64,000 nucleotides of DNA. Source: Candidatus Latescibacterota bacterium (GTDB lineage Bacteria > Latescibacterota > UBA2968). How positions within the stretch are numbered: the stretch's first letter is position 1; each line of letters opens with the position of its first letter. Shown piece by piece: positions 57,274 to 64,000 of the stretch. The stretch spans positions 1,248,001-1,312,000 of the forward strand of contig OZ242320.1 of NCBI GenBank assembly GCA_965208125.1, given 5' to 3'. The notes under the pieces were generated by a model. That model had not been told where the DNA came from. It searched no databases and was given only the letters and a program-made list of their open reading frames with translations. Made by a program: the position numbers and the translations under genes.

Positions 57274-59439
57274 TCAAGACGAACTCTCCGGCGGATCTTC
57301 GAGGCGATAAGCAGAGGTAATATTGGGAATCTTGCGGAGGTTTTGCAGAAGTCCTTCGAGGTGGTCGGCATCTTTGATCTCCACCTGGAACTGGTTGTTA
57401 ATCTCCTCGCGCCTGGTCTCGATACTGGCACCCACAATGGGAACACCGAGATTGGACATAACCTGTGTCATATCGGACAACAAATTGGTGCGATCCCTGC
57501 CCGTGACCTGGATGGTAGCAGTAAAAGTTTCCGTCTGATCGGTTTCCCAATCGAGTTCGACCACGCGACCGGGGTCAGAAGACAAATTGGGCAAATTGGA
57601 ACACCCCCGGCGATGGACAGATATACCGCGTCCGCGCGTCACAATACCAATAACCGGATCGCCCGCAATGGGATTGCAGCACCGGGCATACTGAATCATC
57701 AAATCGTTCAACCCGTGAATGCGCAGCGCATCCGCATTCTTTTTTCGGCTCTCCTTTTGAACATCGCCAAGAGGCTTGCGCGCCGTGGGAAAAAGCTGAT
57801 TGATAAACTTGCCAATTGAAATATCGCCATTGCCTATCGCGGCAAAAAGATGATCTGTATCTTCTTGTTTCAGTGCTTTGGCTACGCTTTTCAGCTCCTC
57901 ATTGCTCGCGCGTTTGCGCTGCTGTCGCAACTCGCGATCGACCATCTCGCGCCCCAGTCGAACGCTCTGATTAAAAGCCTCTTCGCGCAGAACCCGTCGA
58001 ATACAACTTCGCGCTTTGGCACTCTTGACAAAATCGAGCCAATCGCGGTGCGGACGCTGGTGTGGCGACGTAATAATCTCAACCGTCTGCCCTGTCTCAA
58101 GCGGCGTAGATAATGGCACCATCTGACTGTCAATGCGGGCGCCCACACAGCGATTGCCAATTTCGGTATGCACTGCAAAGGCAAAATCGACGGGCGTGGC
58201 CTCATCGGGAAGCTGAATCAAATCGCCCTGAGGTGTAAAAACATAAATCTCATTTGAAAAGAGATCGACCTTGAGTTCCTCGATAATTTCTTGAGGATCT
58301 GATGTCTCCCCCTGCCACTCGAGCATATTGCGAAGCCCGTCTATTTGTTGATCGAGTTCCGACCTTTCTGGAGACCCCTCTTTGTAAAGCCAGTGTGCTG
58401 CAATACCCTCTTCTGCTGTCTGGTGCATCTCGTGGGTGCGTATCTGCACCTCGATCATCAACCCTCGAGGGCCTATCACCGTCGTGTGCAAAGACTGATA
58501 CATATTGCTCTTGGGCGTTGCAATAAAATCCTTAAAACGGGGCATAACCGGTGTATAGAGCGAGTGAATCATACCCAGAACGTGATAACATTCCTGAACC
58601 GTATCGACCAGTATGCGGATGGCTAACAAATCGTAGATATCTTCAAAAGCTTTGCTCCGCGTCTGCATCTTCTGGTGAATACTGAAGAAATTCTTGGGAC
58701 GTCCTGTAATTTCCGCCCGAATATTCTCTTTTTTTAGAATTTTTTGCAGCGGCACGCGCATCTCTTCGATATAGGCCTCGCGCGCGCGTCTCTTGAGGCG
58801 GATCTTTTTGCTAATCGCACGATAGGCTTCGGGTTCAAGCCACTTGAGAGCCAGATCTTCAAGCTCCCACCGAATGCGCGCAATCCCCAAACGGTGCGCC
58901 AGAGGCGCGTAAATATCGAGACTCTCGCGCGCCATGCGTTCGCGCGTTTCAGGAGGCAGGGGATCCAGCGTGCGCATATTGTGCAGGCGTTCGCAAAACT
59001 TAATAAGAACAACGCGCAAATCGTTGATCAAAGACAGAAACATCTTGCGGAAATTCTCAGCTTGCTCGGCCTCTTGCGACTGGAAGGACAGATCTTTGAT
59101 CCGGGTCACACCGCCAACCAGATCGGCAATATGAGAACCAAAATGACGCGCAATTTGTGCGTGGGTTGCTGTGCCGTGCGCTATGGTATCGTGCAAAATA
59201 CCAGCCACCAGAGTTGCAGTATCCTGATTGAGGTCTATCAGAATGCGTCCAACCTCAAGCGCGTGAACAATATACGGCTGGCCCGACTTGCGAAAATGAT
59301 CCTGATGTGCTTTCCTCGCAAAATGAAAGGCGCGGGTCAAGAGTTTTACATTGTGATCGGAGCGGCTTTGAAGAGCCTGTTGGAGAAATGCGTCAAAGAT
59401 GGGATCATCTGCGAAGGATTTTTGGGGGAGTTTGGTCAT
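57274..59439 (-). CDS. relA: Long RelA/SpoT homologue, (p)ppGpp synthetase
   Basis: HD region, YQSLHT, EVQIRT, GIAAHW.YK, TGS (TPVDFAFAVHT), CCNP, ACT. Confidence 0.95.
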   Translation of the reverse strand: MTKLPQKSFADDPIFDAFLQQALQSRSDHNVKLLTRAFHFARKAHQDHFRKSGQPYIVHALEVGRILIDLNQDTATLVAGILHDTIAHGTATHAQIARHFGSHIADLVGGVTRIKDLSFQSQEAEQAENFRKMFLSLINDLRVVLIKFCERLHNMRTLDPLPPETRERMARESLDIYAPLAHRLGIARIRWELEDLALKWLEPEAYRAISKKIRLKRRAREAYIEEMRVPLQKILKKENIRAEITGRPKNFFSIHQKMQTRSKAFEDIYDLLAIRILVDTVQECYHVLGMIHSLYTPVMPRFKDFIATPKSNMYQSLHTTVIGPRGLMIEVQIRTHEMHQTAEEGIAAHWLYKEGSPERSELDQQIDGLRNMLEWQGETSDPQEIIEELKVDLFSNEIYVFTPQGDLIQLPDEATPVDFAFAVHTEIGNRCVGARIDSQMVPLSTPLETGQTVEIITSPHQRPHRDWLDFVKSAKARSCIRRVLREEAFNQSVRLGREMVDRELRQQRKRASNEELKSVAKALKQEDTDHLFAAIGNGDISIGKFINQLFPTARKPLGDVQKESRKKNADALRIHGLNDLMIQYARCCNPIAGDPVIGIVTRGRGISVHRRGCSNLPNLSSDPGRVVELDWETDQTETFTATIQVTGRDRTNLLSDMTQVMSNLGVPIVGASIETRREEINNQFQVEIKDADHLEGLLQNLRKIPNITSAYRLEDPPESSS

Positions 59440-59443
59440 AGTA

Positions 59444-61987
59444 TCACGCCCAGGTAATTAATCCGGTATCACATATCGAATTGAGGTCCTGATGGTGTGG
59501 GAGAATGCGAACCGTATAGCCCCATCGGCCGCTTTTTTGCAAAGGCAGGTACCCCACAAAAGTATGGGGACCTTTGAGTACCATAGGCAGCGACTCGCCC
59601 TGGACAATCTGCCCCTCTGCGCCGACCTGCCCGTGAAAAATTTCGACAGCCACATCCTCTACACGCAAGTCGCCCAACGCGACATCTGCGCGAATTTCGA
59701 CCTTGTCGCCCACATGTGATGTTTGCGCCTGGCTCGACGTTACAGAACGGACCGCGACATCCTTCCATCCATGGCGAACTCTATCTTTCCATTCAGCCAG
59801 AGCACTGGCTCTCGCGCCATTGTTATCCGAAAGATTTTTTGATCGTAAATGCGCCTTCAAATAGAACCGCTCGGTATATTCCTGCACCATGCGGTGAGTA
59901 TTGAACTTCGGACACAACACGCGCATAGCATTCTTCATGCGGGCGATCCATCCTCTGGGCAATCCATCCACACCGCGATTATAAAAAAGCGGCACCGCTT
60001 CTTTTTCGAGAATATTGTAAATCGCCCGCGCTTCAATCTGGTTTTGATACGCCGGATCGTCGTATTCTTTGCCGTGACCGATCTCCCAGCCCAATTCCGG
60101 TTGATACGCTTCTGCCCACCAGCCATCGAGCACGCTGAGATTTAATGCGCCATTGGCAACGGCTTTCATGCCACTGGTACCGCTCGCTTCCTGGGGTCTC
60201 ATCGGCGTATTCAGCCAGATATCGACCCCCTGCACGAGATAACGCGCCACACACATATCGTAATTCTCGATAAAAACCAGACGGCGGTGGAGATACTCGC
60301 GCTGCGTAAGACTGAAAATTTCCTGAATAAATTCTTTTCCCGCATGGTCTTGCGGATGCGCCTTGCCCGCAAAAATAACCTGAACGGGACGTTCTTCATT
60401 GCACAAAATGCGCGTGAGTCTCTCGAGATCGTGAAACAAGAGGGTGGCGCGTTTATACGTTGCAAAACGCCTGGCAAATCCAATCGTAAGCGCATCAGAA
60501 GTCAGGACCTCGTCGGCGCGCGCCATATCGATTGACGACGCTGTTTCTCGCTGCAACTGCTTTCTAAGACGCTGCCGCGCAAATGCAACGAGGCGTTCTC
60601 TCCTGCGCTCGTGGACGCGCCAGAGTTCCTCGGGCGGAATGTGATCTATCGTCTCCCACACACTCTGATCGTGTGGTTCCTCCAGGCGCCGAGGCCCCAT
60701 ATAGTTGTCTTCAAGAGCGCGCATTTGTTGCGAAATATGGGAAGCAATATGAACGCCATTGGTAATGGATTCGACGGGTATTTCACTCTTCGGCAGTCCG
60801 GGCCACAGCGACTGCCACATATTGCGCGAGACCTCGCCGTGAAGTTTGCTAACGCCATTGCGATAGGACGACAGCCTGAACGCGAGCACTGTCATATTAA
60901 AACCATCGCTGATATTATTGGGATTCTCGCGCCCCAAAGCGAGGAATGCAGGCATAGAAAGACCGAGGTCATGCGCGTAAGATCTGAAGTATTTTTCAAT
61001 CAGAGAAACGGGAAAGACATCGTGCCCGGCCGGAACGGGAGTATGGGTCGTAAAAACGTGACCTGCTGACGTGTACTCTGCCGCCTGATCAAACGTGGCA
61101 CCATTGTTGTGCATCGCCTGACGGATGCGCTCCAGCCCCAGAAAAGCCGAATGCCCTTCATTCATGTGGCATACGGTGGGCTGTATGCCCAATGCGTTGA
61201 GCGCGCGCACACCGCCAATACCCAGCAGAATTTCCTGCCGGATGCGCGTCTCACTATCGCCACCGTAGAGTTGTGCTGTAATTTCGCGGATAGATGGCGG
61301 ATTTTCCATCAAATTGGTATCGAGCAAGTACAGGGGGATGCGCCCAACCTGCACCTTCCATATCCGCACCCGCGCTTCTGCTTCGGGATATGAGAGCGTA
61401 ATCGCGATATCCCGACCGCGCTCATCGCGAACAATCTGGACGGGCAGCGCGTAATAGTCATTTTCGGTATATTCTTCCTGTTGCCAACCGTCATTTGTGA
61501 GATACTGATTGAAATATCCGTGTTGATACAGCAGACCCACAGCAAAAAATGGCAATCCCAGAGTACTCGCAGATTTGAGATGATCTCCGGCCAACACCCC
61601 CAGACCACCTGAATAAATCGGCAGGCTTTCGGTAAGACCAAACTCCGCAGAGAAATAGGCGATTTGAATATCGGACGCGGTTTTGCCATGGGCAGAGTGA
61701 AAATAGGTCTCCCCATCCATAAACGCGCGGAAAGACTCAGACACGCGCTTAAAATGCGCCATGAATCCCGGATTTTCAGAAAGTTGATTCAGGCGTTCCT
61801 GGCTGATATCATTGAGCAGGCGCACCGGATTGTGATAAACTGTTTCCCAGAGAATGGGATCAATGCGTCGAAACAGATCCATCGTGTCCGGATCCCAGGC
61901 CCAGCGCAGATTATACGCCAGTGCTTCCAGGCCCTGAAGAGATTTGGGCAGCGAGGGTTTGACAACAAATGTAGAAATTGGTTTCAA
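59444..61987 (-). CDS. glgP: Alpha-glucan (glycogen) phosphorylase
   Basis: YSGGLGVLAGDH, NEGH, ARRFATYKR, EASGTSGMK; TTG start inferred. Confidence 0.95.
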   Translation of the reverse strand: MKPISTFVVKPSLPKSLQGLEALAYNLRWAWDPDTMDLFRRIDPILWETVYHNPVRLLNDISQERLNQLSENPGFMAHFKRVSESFRAFMDGETYFHSAHGKTASDIQIAYFSAEFGLTESLPIYSGGLGVLAGDHLKSASTLGLPFFAVGLLYQHGYFNQYLTNDGWQQEEYTENDYYALPVQIVRDERGRDIAITLSYPEAEARVRIWKVQVGRIPLYLLDTNLMENPPSIREITAQLYGGDSETRIRQEILLGIGGVRALNALGIQPTVCHMNEGHSAFLGLERIRQAMHNNGATFDQAAEYTSAGHVFTTHTPVPAGHDVFPVSLIEKYFRSYAHDLGLSMPAFLALGRENPNNISDGFNMTVLAFRLSSYRNGVSKLHGEVSRNMWQSLWPGLPKSEIPVESITNGVHIASHISQQMRALEDNYMGPRRLEEPHDQSVWETIDHIPPEELWRVHERRRERLVAFARQRLRKQLQRETASSIDMARADEVLTSDALTIGFARRFATYKRATLLFHDLERLTRILCNEERPVQVIFAGKAHPQDHAGKEFIQEIFSLTQREYLHRRLVFIENYDMCVARYLVQGVDIWLNTPMRPQEASGTSGMKAVANGALNLSVLDGWWAEAYQPELGWEIGHGKEYDDPAYQNQIEARAIYNILEKEAVPLFYNRGVDGLPRGWIARMKNAMRVLCPKFNTHRMVQEYTERFYLKAHLRSKNLSDNNGARASALAEWKDRVRHGWKDVAVRSVTSSQAQTSHVGDKVEIRADVALGDLRVEDVAVEIFHGQVGAEGQIVQGESLPMVLKGPHTFVGYLPLQKSGRWGYTVRILPHHQDLNSICDTGLITWA

Positions 61988-62006
61988 AGAGTTTGACCCC
62001 TGAATT

Positions 62007-63029
62007 TTACACATCTTCAACAGCGACGACCGCATCTGTTTCCCACGATTTTATCGCCGCTTCAATAACCATCTGCGCTTTGAGTGCTTCTTCACCCGAA
62101 CCTTCGATATCTTCGGGAGATGCGCCTTCGAGATTTTGCTCTATCCACCGCCCAATGCGGCTTTGGAATGTTTCGTTGAACCCCATCATACCGCCGATAT
62201 AGTCATAGCGTTCGAGTTCCATTGAGCGGCGGGGATGAAAATGCAGGCGTTCACAGGCTTCTTCCAGCACAAAGCGAGCATCTGATCCGGCAACTTCGAG
62301 ACGTTCAAGACCATAAGACCCCCCCGGTCCCGTGGCGTCGTAACTTCCAGTGAGATTGCCCACCGTACCATCAGCAAAGCACATGTTGAGTTGCATATTT
62401 GACCAGCACACGCGGCGATTGCCATCTTTGTCCAGACCGCGCTTAAAAAAGGCACTTACTTTTTCAATATCACCGCAAAAGTAGCGCATAACGTCGATAG
62501 AGTGCGGGTGCAGGGCGCGAATGTGGAACCACGGCGACGTTTCTCGGGGGTTATTGATCCACATAGTCATATTAATAATATTGATCTCGCCCAGCCTACC
62601 CTGATCAACCCATTCTTTGGCGCGCGCAGCAGCAGGTGTAAAGCGGTGATTGAGGTCAACACCATAGCGCAGATTTTTATCTTTTGCTCTGGCAACCATC
62701 TCTTTTGCCTCGTCAATATTATTCGAAATCGGCTTTTCCCCGAGTACATGAACACCCGCTTCGAGGAGTTCCATTGTGGGTTTGTAGTGATCGCCACCAT
62801 TTTCATGACCGGCAGTCGCAACACTTGCCACCGTGATATCCAGCCCCGCGTCGAGCATATCTTGCACAGCGTAAAATGCTCTAACACCGTATTGCGACGC
62901 CGCGGCATCTGCGCGTCTTCGGTCTATATCGCAAACAGCAGCGAGATTGCATTGGTCGTGACCATTATAAATAGTGGCGTGTCGGTTGCCAATCCCCCCC
63001 AAACCGACCACGGCGACATTTAATCCCAT
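62007..63029 (-). CDS. Gfo/Idh/MocA oxidoreductase
   Basis: VVGLGGIG, EKP, HSID. Confidence 0.92.
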   Translation of the reverse strand: MGLNVAVVGLGGIGNRHATIYNGHDQCNLAAVCDIDRRRADAAASQYGVRAFYAVQDMLDAGLDITVASVATAGHENGGDHYKPTMELLEAGVHVLGEKPISNNIDEAKEMVARAKDKNLRYGVDLNHRFTPAAARAKEWVDQGRLGEINIINMTMWINNPRETSPWFHIRALHPHSIDVMRYFCGDIEKVSAFFKRGLDKDGNRRVCWSNMQLNMCFADGTVGNLTGSYDATGPGGSYGLERLEVAGSDARFVLEEACERLHFHPRRSMELERYDYIGGMMGFNETFQSRIGRWIEQNLEGASPEDIEGSGEEALKAQMVIEAAIKSWETDAVVAVEDV

Positions 63030-63042
63030 TGAAAACTCCCTT

Positions 63043-63738
63043 CTACCAGTTGCTGAGTATCCGACCTACAAATGCCGGGACTTCGTCTGTAAAAAAATAC
63101 ATGATGGCAAAGATCGCAAAGAGAATATAGATCCCGATTACAGTGAACATAATCGTCTTTTTGCGCTTGCTCATCCCGGTGCGAGACGCAGTTCTGAGAT
63201 CGCGCGGTTGTTTGAGGAAGGGTTCTGACTTGTCCTCATCATCGGATGTCGATTCGGAAGCATCCGCTTCCGGTGGTGCTGCCTCTTCTTCTCCTTCTTC
63301 AGCACTTTCCTCCGATACTTTTTGCTCGGTTTCCTCCTCTGCGTCTGCAGGCGGATCCGGTTCTGTCTCTAATTTGGCTATGTCGAACACATGCGCTATT
63401 TTTTCGATAAGTGTTTTGTCCTCAAATGGTCTTTCAACCATGCCGTAAACACCCTGCTCCAGGAGTGTTTTGGCTTCTGCTTCCTCGATGGGAAACGATA
63501 CCACAATCACCGGTACCTCAAAGCCTTCTTCGCGGATAAATTCGATCAAGACATCGCCGCGAATGATTGGCATCTCGAGGTTGATCAACACCAGATCGGG
63601 TTGTCCGTGAGCGATCGCGTCAACCGCTTCGACCCACGTTGTCGCGGTCTGTGCCTCATAATTATTGGATTCGAGAATCTTGACAATCCGTTCAACAGCG
63701 GCTTCTTCACTGTCAATAGTCAAAATTTTTGTCATCAT
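63043..63738 (-). CDS. Atypical receiver-domain protein with acidic linker and C-terminal TM anchor
   Basis: Receiver-fold pattern KILTID...PDLVLINLEMP...VPVIVVS...ERPF. Confidence 0.8.
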   Translation of the reverse strand: MMTKILTIDSEEAAVERIVKILESNNYEAQTATTWVEAVDAIAHGQPDLVLINLEMPIIRGDVLIEFIREEGFEVPVIVVSFPIEEAEAKTLLEQGVYGMVERPFEDKTLIEKIAHVFDIAKLETEPDPPADAEEETEQKVSEESAEEGEEEAAPPEADASESTSDDEDKSEPFLKQPRDLRTASRTGMSKRKKTIMFTVIGIYILFAIFAIMYFFTDEVPAFVGRILSNW

Positions 63739-63913
63739 GTCCCCCTGTGCGTAGTAGGGAAAATATTGGCGATTGAAAGTATAAAACGAATAAAGTCCAA
63801 TGACAAGGATTTTCCCTGTGCATGTCACATAGTGAGTTCTCTCTTGATGGGTGAACGTGTGTATAGTATATTGCAATGTCAATGGAAATTAAAAATTAAA
63901 AACTGGGAATTTT

Positions 63914-64000
63914 ATGGAAACAAAAAGCATCGTCGTAAAAGGTGCGCGAGTACACAACTTGCAAAATGTAGATCTGACGTTGCCCCGACACGCGCTAATA
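63914..64000 (+). CDS. uvrA: Excinuclease ABC subunit A, N-terminal fragment (runs off the right edge)
   Basis: METKSIVVKGARVHNLQNVDLTLP. Confidence 0.9.
   Translation, partial: METKSIVVKGARVHNLQNVDLTLPRHALI

Overview
Bacterial chromosomal window in two parts. (1) Positions 1-12.8 kb form an accessory, minus-strand region of secreted modular proteins built on a cohesin-like and/or dockerin-like (paired EF-hand) N-terminal module. Their C-terminal cargo differs: PPC-like repeats plus an HExxH metallopeptidase, internalin-like LRRs, or a beta-helix-like passenger. A porin-like gene, a PEGA lipoprotein, a PD-(D/E)XK-like gene and aspC are interleaved. (2) Positions 12.8-64 kb hold housekeeping and catabolic genes (recG, hflKC, coaE, gcvPA/PB, six PhyH dioxygenases, a sulfatase, ABC transporters, a ychF-like gene, rel, glgP, start of uvrA) with many REP-like repeats. 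The gene content resembles sponge-associated Latescibacterota/Gemmatimonadota-like lineages (inference only). The most interesting signal is non-coding. Two unrecognised structured RNA elements recur upstream of the secreted-protein genes. Element I (2 copies, about 180 nt) follows a sigma70-like promoter and can form mutually exclusive helices ending in a terminator. Element II (3 copies, about 160 nt) has three hairpins and a 33-codon uORF of constant length. A third, unrelated terminated leader plus a consensus sigma54 promoter precedes the remaining dockerin gene. I saw no CRISPR array, rRNA, tRNA, integrase or reverse transcriptase. All folding and translation was done by eye.
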